NCBI GenBank assembly: GCA_020348985.1
Contig: CP070761.1
Location: 2,009,492-2,071,076, forward strand
Source of the DNA: Candidatus Thorarchaeota archaeon
GTDB taxonomy: Archaea > Asgardarchaeota > Thorarchaeia > Thorarchaeales > Thorarchaeaceae
DNA length: 61,585 nt
Direction: 5' to 3'
The notes under the pieces were generated by a model. It worked only from the letters and a program-made list of their open reading frames with translations. It was not told the DNA's origin and searched no databases. The position numbers and the translations under genes are program-made. Below, one piece after another: positions 38,735 to 48,912 of this stretch. Each line of letters opens with the position of its first letter. The stretch's first letter is position 1.

Positions 38735-40236
38735 CAGTTGTCACCTCCTAAATCGAGAGGGGTTTCTGGGAAGACTCTCTCAACTAGTACCACCAACAAG
38801 AAAGACACCATCCCAATCACAAGACTCTGCCAGACTATGAGCATACTTCCTGCTATGTATCCCAGTGCTGCAACTAGAAGCCACACAATTGCTGCAAAGG
38901 CCACCAGCCTTAGGCCCCTTGGTTTTCTCATGAGGAGTTCAATAAGTGCATAGATACTGACCAGACTCGTGAGGAATAGCAGCAGTGCCACAATTCCCCC
39001 AACACCAGGTATTCCAGCCTCAATCATTGCAGAATAAGAACCAAACACTGACAGACATACAATTGCGGAAGCGCCAGCCATAAAACTGGTAGCCAAGTGT
39101 ACGGACGCAGGAACACGATCTGTCTTCAACCAGGTGGCATAGTCAACGCCTCTTTTTGACAACCAATCGATTGCTCTAGGCGCTGCTACAAACAAGACAA
39201 TTAGACCTTGAATGACTCTCACCATCTCCAATGGAACTCCAGCTATACGTTGCATTTGAAGTCCTCCGGCTCTCAGGGCACCAAAGAATATGGCTGCTGC
39301 CAGTACCCCCCAGGGATTGTTGTTCCCTAGGACTGCTACAGTGATTCCATCCCAACCTAGTCCCACCGACCAGTTGTCTTGAAACAAGTGGTGATATCCA
39401 AGTATCTCTCCGGAGCCACCCATTCCTGCTAGTGCCCCAGCAATACCAAGAGCGAGAGCGATGTTCTTCTTTGGATTGATGCCAGCGGTTTCAGCAGCGT
39501 CCGGATTTTGTCCAACTGCTCTCATCTCATAGCCTAAGACCGTCTTGTTGATTAAGTAGTCAACCGCAATCACGGCCAGTATTGCCAAGATTAGGCTAAA
39601 GTTCAGAAACGAACCAATCAGCTTTGGGAGTTCCGCAGTCACCAATATTGGTGGAGTTCGATCCAGTGCTTGAGTAGTATCCTTTAGAGGATATGTAACC
39701 AGCCATGCTGTGAAGAGGATTGCTGAGTATGACATCATCATTGTGGTTACTACTTCGTGCGTACCTCTGTAGGCTTTCAGAATACCTGGAAGCAGTCCAT
39801 ATAGAAATCCCAGAAACGTACCAAACAACAATGCCGTAAACTGATGAAGCACTATAGGAAGCGAAACCAGATACCCCACAATGGCCGCTCCAATTGCACC
39901 CATGTAGACTTGCCCTTCAGGACCAATGTTGAAGAGACCACATTTGAAGGCCAAAGCCACTGAGAGTCCAGTAAAAATCAGAGGGGTGGCAAAGAACAGG
40001 ACCCGATCGAACTGAGTGATAGCCCCCCAAAGGAGTGTGAGAAAGGCCAGACCTACATTGTAACCAGTCATCATCATTAAGACTGAGACAACGACAAGCG
40101 CTAGGATGATGGAACCAGTTGACCATATTGCAGTCTTCTGAAATGAAGGATCGCTCACCATTCTCATAATGTTGTTTATAGGATTGAATCTAGCTTTCTC
40201 ATTCTCATGCCGTCCTTCTCGTGACTGCTCGCTCAA
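38734..40236 (-). CDS. Nucleoside/simple-sugar ABC permease 1 with C-terminal TM extension
   Basis: GLFNIGPEGQ, HEVVTTMM, GYEMRAVG.NPDAA, GWDGITVAVLG. Confidence 0.92.
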   Translation of the reverse strand: MSEQSREGRHENEKARFNPINNIMRMVSDPSFQKTAIWSTGSIILALVVVSVLMMMTGYNVGLAFLTLLWGAITQFDRVLFFATPLIFTGLSVALAFKCGLFNIGPEGQVYMGAIGAAIVGYLVSLPIVLHQFTALLFGTFLGFLYGLLPGILKAYRGTHEVVTTMMMSYSAILFTAWLVTYPLKDTTQALDRTPPILVTAELPKLIGSFLNFSLILAILAVIAVDYLINKTVLGYEMRAVGQNPDAAETAGINPKKNIALALGIAGALAGMGGSGEILGYHHLFQDNWSVGLGWDGITVAVLGNNNPWGVLAAAIFFGALRAGGLQMQRIAGVPLEMVRVIQGLIVLFVAAPRAIDWLSKRGVDYATWLKTDRVPASVHLATSFMAGASAIVCLSVFGSYSAMIEAGIPGVGGIVALLLFLTSLVSIYALIELLMRKPRGLRLVAFAAIVWLLVAALGYIAGSMLIVWQSLVIGMVSFLLVVLVERVFPETPLDLGGDN

Positions 40237-41846
40237 ACAACCGCCTCCGCAGATGACTGATCCTGTTTATGTCCTGCCATCAGCAGGCCCAACTCTTCAG
40301 CCGTTGTGGCTTCTGGTTCTTTGACAGCTACTATCTGGCCATCAAAAATGACAGCGATACGATCCGATACGCTCATGATCTCATCCAATTCCGCTGAAAC
40401 AAGTAGAATCGCTGCGCCCTCATCCCTCATTGATACGAGTACGTTGTGAATGTATTCTGTTGCCCCCACATCGAGTCCTCTTGTTGGTTGAGCTGCCAAT
40501 ATCAGCTTTGGATTGGCTGAGAGTTCGCGTGCGACTATGACCTTCTGTTGGTTTCCTCCAGAAAGTGTACTTGCAAGACTATGGATATCAGAAACTTTGA
40601 TTGAGTAGGTATCAACAAGTGCTTCTGTTATTCCGTCTGCTTCCGAGAGATCAAGCACCTGGCGACCGGGACCCATAGCAAATGGAGCTCTATGGTGTCT
40701 ACCTAAAGTGCTGTTCTCGGCAATCGTAAAACCAAGAATGAGTCCTCTTCGGTGGCGGTCTTCAGGGATATGACTCACACCAGCTTCTCTTACCTCTCGA
40801 GGATCTAGGCCAGTAATATCCTTTCCATTGAGGAGTATATTTCCTTCTCTCGATTTGAGCAAACCTGCGATTGCTTCAACCAGTTCAGTTTGACCATTAC
40901 CTTCAACCCCGGCAATTCCAAGAATCTCACCAGCTTTAACTTCTAGATTGATGCCCCTGACTGCCGTAATTCCTCTCTTGTCCTGAACTGTAAGGTCTTT
41001 GATCGCAAGTACTACCCCTCCAGGATTGGCGGGACCTTTTTCAACCCTGAAAACCACAGGTCTCCCAACCATCATTCTTGCTAGTTCTTCAGGCGATGTG
41101 TCCTCTTTGTTAACAGTTCCAATCAATTCTCCATCCCTTAGTACACTAATCCTGTCGGCCAATACCATCGGTTCTCTCAACTTATGAGTGATCAGAATGA
41201 TAGTACGCCCGGCCTCTTTGAACTTCTCCAATGTTACAAAGAGATCATCAACCTCTTGAGGTGTTAGAACCGATGTAGGCTCATCAAGAATCACAATATC
41301 CGCGTTTCTGTAGAGTGTCTTGATTATCTCGACTCTTTGTTGAAGACCTACTGATATGTCCTGAATCTTGGCGTCTGGGTCTATATGCAGACCATTTTCT
41401 TCCGCTATTCTCCTGATTCTATCAGCTGCCCCCCTGAAGTCAATTGGCAGAAGAGACGAGAAATGCTTAGTCTCTACGAGTCTCTCTGCCCGCAATCTCT
41501 TTAGCACTGGTTCAAGACCAAGAATGACATTCTCGGTTACCGTCAGGGGTGGAATGAGTTTGAAGTGTTGGTGTACCATTCCAACACCTCTTAAGATGGC
41601 ATCCTGCGGAGATTGAAGCTCCACCTCCTCCCCTCTAATCAGTATCCTCCCAGTATCCTTAGAGAGAAAACCGTAAAGAATATTCATTAGCGTTGATTTG
41701 CCTGCGCCGTTCTCACCCAACAGACCGTGAACCTCACCCTCACGAATCCTCAAGGTTATGTTCTTGTTTGCTTCAACGCCTCCGGGAAAAGTCTTCGAGA
41801 TATTCTCAAGCTCTACTGCGTAGATAGTGAGCCCTCCTTGTGGCAT
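40233..41846 (-). CDS. Nucleoside/simple-sugar ABC ATPase (tandem NBD)
   Basis: GENGAGKST, ILDEPT, GVEGNGQ, LSGGNQQK, QPTRGLD. Confidence 0.95.
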   Translation of the reverse strand: MPQGGLTIYAVELENISKTFPGGVEANKNITLRIREGEVHGLLGENGAGKSTLMNILYGFLSKDTGRILIRGEEVELQSPQDAILRGVGMVHQHFKLIPPLTVTENVILGLEPVLKRLRAERLVETKHFSSLLPIDFRGAADRIRRIAEENGLHIDPDAKIQDISVGLQQRVEIIKTLYRNADIVILDEPTSVLTPQEVDDLFVTLEKFKEAGRTIILITHKLREPMVLADRISVLRDGELIGTVNKEDTSPEELARMMVGRPVVFRVEKGPANPGGVVLAIKDLTVQDKRGITAVRGINLEVKAGEILGIAGVEGNGQTELVEAIAGLLKSREGNILLNGKDITGLDPREVREAGVSHIPEDRHRRGLILGFTIAENSTLGRHHRAPFAMGPGRQVLDLSEADGITEALVDTYSIKVSDIHSLASTLSGGNQQKVIVARELSANPKLILAAQPTRGLDVGATEYIHNVLVSMRDEGAAILLVSAELDEIMSVSDRIAVIFDGQIVAVKEPEATTAEELGLLMAGHKQDQSSAEAVV

Positions 41847-41904
41847 TCCGATTTGACCGGAGTGTCAACTCACTCCTATTTATCTCTGTCCAAACTACTT
41901 CATC

Positions 41905-41938
41905 AAAAAAAAGTGGGAAAGAGAGGCGTTAGCCTCTC
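41905..41938 (-). terminator. Hairpin + U8 tract between BMP and ATPase genes
   Basis: GAGAGGC-TAAC-GCCTCTC-TTTCCCAC-TTTTTTTT on the minus strand. Confidence 0.7.
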
Positions 41939-41945
41939 GATTTCA

Positions 41946-43073
41946 CTAGGTCCAGTATATCGTGTCTGGTACAGTTACCGTTCCAGCTATAATATCCGCC
42001 TTTAGATCTTGGATGGTGTCGACTATCGACTGTGAGAGCGTAAGCAATGGCGAATCATATTCAGTCAATGTGTACACATCAGTCACATTACTGTAGGGAA
42101 TGTAGCCATTGATCTCCCAATCATGACCACCATTTTCAAGATTATAGGCAAAGATACTACCAGTCGTACTATCCAAGTCACCATTCATGACATCTTCGAT
42201 GACTTCGAAGACCGCCGAGTCGACTCTCTTCAGCATGCTTGTAAGACCGAAAGTTGGGGCAGTATGGGCATAACCTGGTCCTTGATCATAAGTGTCACAT
42301 CCATACCACATCATTGGCGAATCCACTCCAATCATCCAGAGAGGAGTCGTATTGGTCGCTCCTGTGATCCTATTCCTTGCTGAAGTCCATGCACCAAGAC
42401 CAGATCTGCCTGCAGCTGTATAGATGATGTCAGCACCGGCAGTGAACATTGCATCGCCCAGGTTTTGACCTATTGCGGTGTCAATCCAGCTACCAGTGTA
42501 CTGTACGGTGAAGTTTACACCTGGATTTGTGTAGTTTGCTCCCCACACGTATCCAGCAGCAAATCTGTGTATAAGCCACATGTCCTCACCACCAACAAAC
42601 CCAACATGACCAGTCTGAGTCATGAGGCCTGCAAGTGCACCGACAAGGGCTGAGCCTTCATTCTCTGTGAACACACAACTGCGAACATTTGGTGCAACCA
42701 CGACATTGTCTACTATAGCAAACGTCTGGTTGGGAAAGTCTGCCGCCACCAAAGCTAGTGCGTCAGCTTGGTCGAAGCTGCCACTTATGATGACGTCGTA
42801 TGTACCAGCCGCTGCGTAGTCTCTAAGAAGTCCTTCAAACTCAGCAATCTGGTCGGGTTCCGCCACATCAAAGTTCCAGCCCAACTCATTCCTAGCATTC
42901 ATAGCCCCGGCATAAGACGCATCATTGAAGCTCAGGTCACCTCTACCACCAGTTCCAAGAATTAAAGCAACTCTTGGCGGAGCTGGAAACAGAGATGGTC
43001 CCAAGAAAACAACGGCTCCGACGCCCACGACTATTATGACTATAAGGATTATAGCTGTAGTCCTTTGTTCCAT
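41946..43073 (-). CDS. BMP-family ABC substrate-binding protein (nucleoside)
   Basis: N-terminal TM, GGRGDLSFN, GSALVGALAG, GADIIYTAAG, IGVDS, TSMLKRVD. Confidence 0.92.
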   Translation of the reverse strand: MEQRTTAIILIVIIVVGVGAVVFLGPSLFPAPPRVALILGTGGRGDLSFNDASYAGAMNARNELGWNFDVAEPDQIAEFEGLLRDYAAAGTYDVIISGSFDQADALALVAADFPNQTFAIVDNVVVAPNVRSCVFTENEGSALVGALAGLMTQTGHVGFVGGEDMWLIHRFAAGYVWGANYTNPGVNFTVQYTGSWIDTAIGQNLGDAMFTAGADIIYTAAGRSGLGAWTSARNRITGATNTTPLWMIGVDSPMMWYGCDTYDQGPGYAHTAPTFGLTSMLKRVDSAVFEVIEDVMNGDLDSTTGSIFAYNLENGGHDWEINGYIPYSNVTDVYTLTEYDSPLLTLSQSIVDTIQDLKADIIAGTVTVPDTIYWT

Positions 43074-43268
43074 ATCTCTCTACTCCAGGAGTAGTGCCTT
43101 TTCGGCACATATTCCAATCATGGAATCGAATCTAGTTTCCACAACACCAACTAAAAACTTCTTCCATTGACTCGCCTTGCATTATTTCTGGGATTTCTCA
43201 TCTCTTTTGTAGATTGAGGCAATCTACATGCCCAAAGGTTCAAAGCAGGAAAGAAGCAGCTTGATGCC

Positions 43269-44009
43269 ATGACGGTGCACACGGAAGAAGCAGGGGCCGG
43301 AGGACTGGGACCCGTCATATTTGTGCATGGTGCGGGAGGGTCTGCTGCAACTTGGACTCTGCAGCTTCGAGGACTCTCCGGGAACATCCATGTCATAGCA
43401 GTTGATCTCAATGGTCACGGAAAGACTGAGGATAGGAAACAGGATGCATTGGGGTCCTACCTAGAAGATATTGATTCTGTAGTCAGTCAATTCGCGCAGC
43501 CAGTCCTAGCGGGACACTCGATGGGAGGAGCACTCACACAGCTATACGCAATGAAACATCCAGAGAAAGTCAAGGGGATAATATTGGTTGGCACTGGGGC
43601 ACGCCTCAGGGTCACACCAGTCATCTTCAGACTGCTAGAAGGGGACTTCGAAGACTATGTCCAAGCATTTGGTCAATTCATGTTCCACGAAGAAACATCA
43701 ATCGACATGGTGGAATCCTCACTAAACGAAATGAGGAAGGCTCACGTCCATGTTGTTCGTAGAGACTTCGAGCTATGTGATGCCTACGACATAATGGAGG
43801 ATGTCCACAGAATCGAACATCCTGCGCTTATCATTGCTGGAGAAGGGGATGTGCTTACTCCACCCAAGTACTCCCTGTACCTTGATGAGAAGATGCCGAA
43901 CACAGAGCTGCATATCATTGACAAAGCCGGACATGCTGTGATGCTAGAAAGAGCCTCGGCCTTCAACCAGATAACTGCGGATTGGGTCCCAAAGCTCTAC
44001 GAGTCCTAA
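43269..44009 (+). CDS. Alpha/beta hydrolase
   Basis: VHGAGG, DLNGHG, GHSMGG, G..D..TP, AGH. Confidence 0.92.
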   Translation: MTVHTEEAGAGGLGPVIFVHGAGGSAATWTLQLRGLSGNIHVIAVDLNGHGKTEDRKQDALGSYLEDIDSVVSQFAQPVLAGHSMGGALTQLYAMKHPEKVKGIILVGTGARLRVTPVIFRLLEGDFEDYVQAFGQFMFHEETSIDMVESSLNEMRKAHVHVVRRDFELCDAYDIMEDVHRIEHPALIIAGEGDVLTPPKYSLYLDEKMPNTELHIIDKAGHAVMLERASAFNQITADWVPKLYES

Positions 44010-44422
44010 CGATTCGGCCGCGACTCCTGTTTCAATGCATCTATCGCCTTCAAGAGAGCAGTTCTGTCGAAGTAGACCTCATTCCTTGTGATCTTGTCAT
44101 CCGAGATCTCAACGATATCTAGACCTTGTTCAATGATTGATTTGCCACCAACAGGTATGGCACACTCCCACTTCAAAACACAGCCTCTCTCTGTTGGGAC
44201 TACTTCCAAGGGCTTCCACGTCCATTCTTTGTTGACTGCAAGAAGTTTTTCGAAATACTGAAGAATAGCGCTATGCCCTCTCAGACCATCACGACGTGCC
44301 GGATCGGAGTACAATGCATTCTCCGAATAGAATGATATCAGCAGATCTGGTCTGTTCCCTGTCCAAGCCTGAAGCCACTCTCTGCAATAATCGAGGAGTT
44401 CTTTTTCGTTCATGAAAAGCAC
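44006..44422 (-). CDS. SnoaL/NTF2-like protein
   Basis: YSENALYSDP, GLDIVEISDDKITRNEVYFD. Confidence 0.85.
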   Translation of the reverse strand: MLFMNEKELLDYCREWLQAWTGNRPDLLISFYSENALYSDPARRDGLRGHSAILQYFEKLLAVNKEWTWKPLEVVPTERGCVLKWECAIPVGGKSIIEQGLDIVEISDDKITRNEVYFDRTALLKAIDALKQESRPNR

Positions 44423-44452
44423 CTAGCGCAAATCTGGTCAGCGATACTTGTT

Positions 44453-46045
44453 TTACTCTATCCATTTGATTATGTCATCGGCAATAAGTTCGCGGATGGC
44501 ATGTGGAGCATCAGTGGTTTCACGAAGGACTCCTTTTGCTGAAACATCAGCCTCTTGCGGAAGGTCAAGGTTTCGCAGTGAATGGCAGCTGAATAGGGGT
44601 GAGACATCAATTGATGACAATGGATTATCAGCAATATCCAAAACAGACAGGTTGATGCAGCTCTCGAGTGGAAGTAGGTCTATGTTTGCTATCCCGTTCT
44701 TCGAAATCGAGAGAACCTCTAGTTTCTTGCAGTACGTGAGGGGCCCAAGATTGATTCTTTCAAGTCGATTGTGACTAAGGTATATTCTTTCCAAATCCAG
44801 TACTTTGCCAAGTGGTCCGAGACTTATCTCTTTCAGGGAGTTGCCATCGAGGCGAACAAGTTCCAATCTCGGACATCTCTCCAGTGGAGAGAGGTCTATG
44901 AATTTCAGGTGATTCTCACTAATGTCGAACTCCCTCAGTCCAATGCAATTTGAGAGAGAACCAATATCAATTGTCTCCAGGTGATTGTTGGCGATATCAA
45001 AAACCTGAAGACTGATACACCCTGCGAGAGGAGCAATCTCAATCTCGTATATGTCGTTCTGGAAGAGAAGCAGGCTTTCCAGCGCTGACGAGTCTCTCAA
45101 GGGGGACACATCAATCTCTTTGATTTTGTTGCCATTTAGCGCAAGACGCTCTAATTTCCGGCACTCTGATAGAGGGCCAAGATCAATCTTCACGATTCTG
45201 TTGCCATACAAGTTCAACGTCTTCAGGCTAACGCAAGAACCCAAAGGGGTGAAATCAATGGATTCGAGCTCGTTACCACTTAGACTCAAGCTCTCAAGCT
45301 CCTTACAGCTGGAGAGCGGTGCTAGATCAATCTCTATCAGTCTGTTCTGATCCAGTTCCAGTAGTTGCAGTGCCGTGCATCCCTGGAGTCCATCTAGGCT
45401 AACTGACGAAAGGTGAGTATCAGATATCCTGAGAGTCGTTAAATCTGGACAGGATTGCAGAGGCGATACATCAAGATGTTTTAGAGGATTGGCAGAGAGA
45501 CACAAATTCTTCAAGTTCTTGCATGAGCTCAATGCAAGCACGTCAATCTGTTCAAGGCGATTGTGGTCAATATCGAGTCTTCTAAGTTCGATGCATGCAG
45601 ACAACGGAGTGAGATCTATCTCGTGCAATCGATTATATGAAAGGTCAAGTATTTCAAGATCCAGGCATTGGCCCAGCGAATCCAGATACAAAGTCTCCAA
45701 GCTGTTGTTCTCCAAATCTAGGACTCGCAATTCGCGACATGATGCGAGAAGTGACAAGTCCAGATCCATGATCCTGTTGCCGCTGAGATCCAAAGCACGC
45801 AATTCTGGACATGCATCTAGGGGGCCCAAATCAATAGATGCAAGTTTGTTTCCTCTCAGTGAAATAGCACTAAGTCTCTTGAGCTTAGAAAGTGTGGAGA
45901 GACTAATCAAGGAAATGTCACGTGTTGAAAGGTCAAGGACAGCTGCATCTTCGTCTACGCTGAGACTCTGCGTGCTACCTGTCGTGTCTTTCCATACAAC
46001 ATCAACAATCAACAGTTGCGGCCCTCCGCAATATGCGCACACCAT
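44453..46045 (-). CDS. Leucine-rich-repeat protein, about 19 repeats of 24 aa
   Basis: Consensus LxxLxLxxNxLxxIDLxPLxxCxx. Confidence 0.93.
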   Translation of the reverse strand: MVCAYCGGPQLLIVDVVWKDTTGSTQSLSVDEDAAVLDLSTRDISLISLSTLSKLKRLSAISLRGNKLASIDLGPLDACPELRALDLSGNRIMDLDLSLLASCRELRVLDLENNSLETLYLDSLGQCLDLEILDLSYNRLHEIDLTPLSACIELRRLDIDHNRLEQIDVLALSSCKNLKNLCLSANPLKHLDVSPLQSCPDLTTLRISDTHLSSVSLDGLQGCTALQLLELDQNRLIEIDLAPLSSCKELESLSLSGNELESIDFTPLGSCVSLKTLNLYGNRIVKIDLGPLSECRKLERLALNGNKIKEIDVSPLRDSSALESLLLFQNDIYEIEIAPLAGCISLQVFDIANNHLETIDIGSLSNCIGLREFDISENHLKFIDLSPLERCPRLELVRLDGNSLKEISLGPLGKVLDLERIYLSHNRLERINLGPLTYCKKLEVLSISKNGIANIDLLPLESCINLSVLDIADNPLSSIDVSPLFSCHSLRNLDLPQEADVSAKGVLRETTDAPHAIRELIADDIIKWIE

Positions 46046-46209
46046 TGTTGGAAGCGTCGCTCATAATTCTTGGCCCTCCGTTAGGTTCTAGTCATCTGGG
46101 TCAGTCTGTAGTCAATTGGTCAGAAAAACGAATTGCTTTGTCGCAAATGTATATGTTTGCCTTCCGTCCCGAACTTGGATAGAATTCATCAATAATAGGG
46201 TGAATCTTT

Positions 46210-47325
46210 TTGAGAGATATTAGAGCAATCCTGGTCAGTTGCCTTTTCATTACTTTTCTGCTAATTGTGAACACTGGATACTTCGTGAGGGCCCAATCGG
46301 ATCAAGCTATCGAGATAACTGAAATCGGACAGTTTGACACCATTGGATGGGCTGCCAATATTCACGTACAGGATGACACTGCAATTATATCAGATTCTGA
46401 GGGGGGTCTTTACATCATTGACGTTTCCAATCCAGAGAACCCGTCAGAATTGGGTCATTTTGATGAGGGTATTGATCATTTGCATGAATTATATGTTGAA
46501 GGAAACTTCGCCTACGTGGCAGACTACACAGATGGACTCAAAATCATAGACATATCAGACCCAGCTAGCCCAACACAAGTGGGGAGATTTCATGACGGGG
46601 GAGAAGTGGGTACCTTCGAGGTGGTTGGGGATCTGGCTTACACTGCTGATTTCATAGATGGGCTTGAGATTGTGAATATCTCTAATCCATCGCAGCCAAC
46701 TGAGATACTCCAGTATAATGGAGAAATCAACTACATCTTCAATGTCGAAGTATACAATGAATTGGCGTTTGTGTCCGATTATCTCTCAGCGACAGAGAAG
46801 AAGATACGGATCCTAAACATATCTGACTTGAATAATATCGAGGAAATTGCCGAGTACACCATTAACGGAGAAGTCTTCTCAATCGATTTCATTGATGATG
46901 TTGCGTACATGATGTGCTCATACGGGGGTGTGAAAATCTTTGATATTAGTGACCCTGCATCTCTCTCAGAAACAGGCAGTTATGACGACGGAGGAAATGC
47001 AGTTGATTTCGAGTTCCTAGAAAGCTGCATGGTTATTGCTGACAGGGATGATGGCTTGGAAATCCTGGACATTAGTAACCCCGCCAATCCAGTCGAGATA
47101 GCGAATTTCACTGACGGTGGAAGCGCGTCAGGGGTGAAGATTGCCAATAACTTGGTCTTTGTAGCTGACGGGGAGGACGGTCTGGAAATTCTTCGGATTG
47201 AGGGTATACCAGGGACCACAGACACAACGGATACCTCTGGCTTGACTCTAGTCTTGGTTTCAGGCGGGCTGATTGCCATAATTGTCCTAATTATGCTGGG
47301 AATTAGAAATCGAAGAACTGACTGA
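46210..47325 (+). CDS. LVIVD-repeat beta-propeller surface protein with C-terminal TM
   Basis: Repeated aYvAD..dGL.IiDISnP..P; signal peptide; TM then RNRR. Confidence 0.9.
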   Translation: MRDIRAILVSCLFITFLLIVNTGYFVRAQSDQAIEITEIGQFDTIGWAANIHVQDDTAIISDSEGGLYIIDVSNPENPSELGHFDEGIDHLHELYVEGNFAYVADYTDGLKIIDISDPASPTQVGRFHDGGEVGTFEVVGDLAYTADFIDGLEIVNISNPSQPTEILQYNGEINYIFNVEVYNELAFVSDYLSATEKKIRILNISDLNNIEEIAEYTINGEVFSIDFIDDVAYMMCSYGGVKIFDISDPASLSETGSYDDGGNAVDFEFLESCMVIADRDDGLEILDISNPANPVEIANFTDGGSASGVKIANNLVFVADGEDGLEILRIEGIPGTTDTTDTSGLTLVLVSGGLIAIIVLIMLGIRNRRTD

Positions 47326-47409
47326 CATGAATGCCTCATATCCCTCAATCACGTTTCTTTTGGCGCAGCAAAAGGCAAAGCTATTTCTGGATGTTTCATT
47401 AATAAAGCC

Positions 47410-48249
47410 GTGATTTCTGTCCTTAGGAAGGAGGAAATGCGTGGAATGAGTAGTAGCAGACAAACCGTTTTGGTTTATTTGGTAATTGGTCTCATCATTG
47501 GGTTTGGCATTGGTTTCTTTACACCCGGCCTAATCCAACCAGGTGAGGTCAATTTGGTGCCAAGTATCCAGGCGCGTGGAACCCTCATAGTAGGGACCGA
47601 GGCTGGATATCCACCGTTTGAGATGTACAATACAACAACAGCGGAATACTATGGTTTTGACATAGATATAGCTCAGTTGATTGCCGATGAACTTGGAGTA
47701 GATCTTGTTATACAGGATATGCCATTTGACTCGCTAATTGCTGCGTGCAAGGCCGGCAATGTTGACATGCTTGCAGCGGCGATGGATCTAAGTGCTGAGC
47801 GAGCTAGAGAACTGGCATTCTCTGACCCCTACTTACAGACTAATCAAGTAATGGTCGTGAACGGTTCTAGTACACTGGAGATTGATGAGCTTGCAGATCT
47901 TGCTGGGTATGAAGTTGGAGCGCAGACTGGCACAGTCCAAGCTGCTGATATCCAGGCAGCGATTGATGCGGGGGCTGCCATTGTCTTGAGCACATATGCA
48001 AGTGTTGCACAGATGTTCATTGATTTAGACTCGGGTGGTCTTGACGCGGTTTTCGTTGATGAGCCAGTATACGAGGTCTATGCGGAACTCTACACTCTTC
48101 GAACAATCTACACGGTCAGAGCTGCTCCAATGGTTCTATATTGTAGATATGAGAATCCAGACCTACTTGCAGTGATCAACGATGTTCTTGGCGATGCATT
48201 TGCAGACGGTACAATGGCAAACCTAGTTGATACTTGGTTTGGAGGATAG
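47410..48249 (+). CDS. Polar amino-acid ABC substrate-binding protein
   Basis: GTLIVGTEAGYPPFE, GFDIDIA, FDSLI, FSDPY, GAQTGT; start may be 47437 or 47446. Confidence 0.93.
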   Translation: MISVLRKEEMRGMSSSRQTVLVYLVIGLIIGFGIGFFTPGLIQPGEVNLVPSIQARGTLIVGTEAGYPPFEMYNTTTAEYYGFDIDIAQLIADELGVDLVIQDMPFDSLIAACKAGNVDMLAAAMDLSAERARELAFSDPYLQTNQVMVVNGSSTLEIDELADLAGYEVGAQTGTVQAADIQAAIDAGAAIVLSTYASVAQMFIDLDSGGLDAVFVDEPVYEVYAELYTLRTIYTVRAAPMVLYCRYENPDLLAVINDVLGDAFADGTMANLVDTWFGG

Positions 48250-48252
48250 TCC

Positions 48253-48912
48253 TTGCAGGAGCGGGATTTGCCCAGTCTGTTGGTCTTTATCATAACAGCT
48301 GGGCTTCCCGCCACTCTACTTCTTTCAGTTGTAGGGCTAGGAATGGGTTTTCTTATCGGAGTAGCTTTAGCACTCATCAGAGTATATGCTGAGGAAGATA
48401 TCTCACTCTTGGCTCAGGCTTACGAGAATCTCTTTAGAGGAGTTCCTGTTCTGGTCCTGATGCTACTCTTTCTTGTCAGTACAGGATGGCCTGCGTTCTT
48501 TTCGGCTGGTCTTGCACTGGGACTCCGTAGTGGGGCATACCAGTCTCAGATTGTACGTGGGGCTATACTGTCCGTCAGTGAGAGTCAGATGATTGCTGCA
48601 TATTCTATTGGCATGAATCGGATGCAAACAGCAAGGCACATTGTCCTACCACAAGCGTTTCGACTTGCACTACCAGGGTGGTCCAATGAATATGCAGTTG
48701 TGACAAAAGACACTGCATGGGCCGGGGCAATCGGAGTTCTCGACATGGTCAAGGCCTCGGACTATCTGGTGTTCGAGGATCCAGTATTATTCTTACCTGC
48801 CATTCTGGCCATCACTCTGATATACTTCGTATTGACATATCCAATAACGAGGTATGCAGGTGAAGTGATGTCTAAGAGGCTGAGAAGTCTTGGATTAGGA
48901 GGCGATTACTAA
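48253..48912 (+). CDS. Polar amino-acid ABC permease
   Basis: FRGVPVLV, SGAYQSQIVRG, IVLPQAFR. Confidence 0.92.
   Translation: MQERDLPSLLVFIITAGLPATLLLSVVGLGMGFLIGVALALIRVYAEEDISLLAQAYENLFRGVPVLVLMLLFLVSTGWPAFFSAGLALGLRSGAYQSQIVRGAILSVSESQMIAAYSIGMNRMQTARHIVLPQAFRLALPGWSNEYAVVTKDTAWAGAIGVLDMVKASDYLVFEDPVLFLPAILAITLIYFVLTYPITRYAGEVMSKRLRSLGLGGDY

Noticed and set aside
44453-46045. CRISPR-like or DGR-type periodic DNA repeat
   Set aside because: The 72-nt period is protein-level LRR with diverged codons; no reverse transcriptase or template repeat seen
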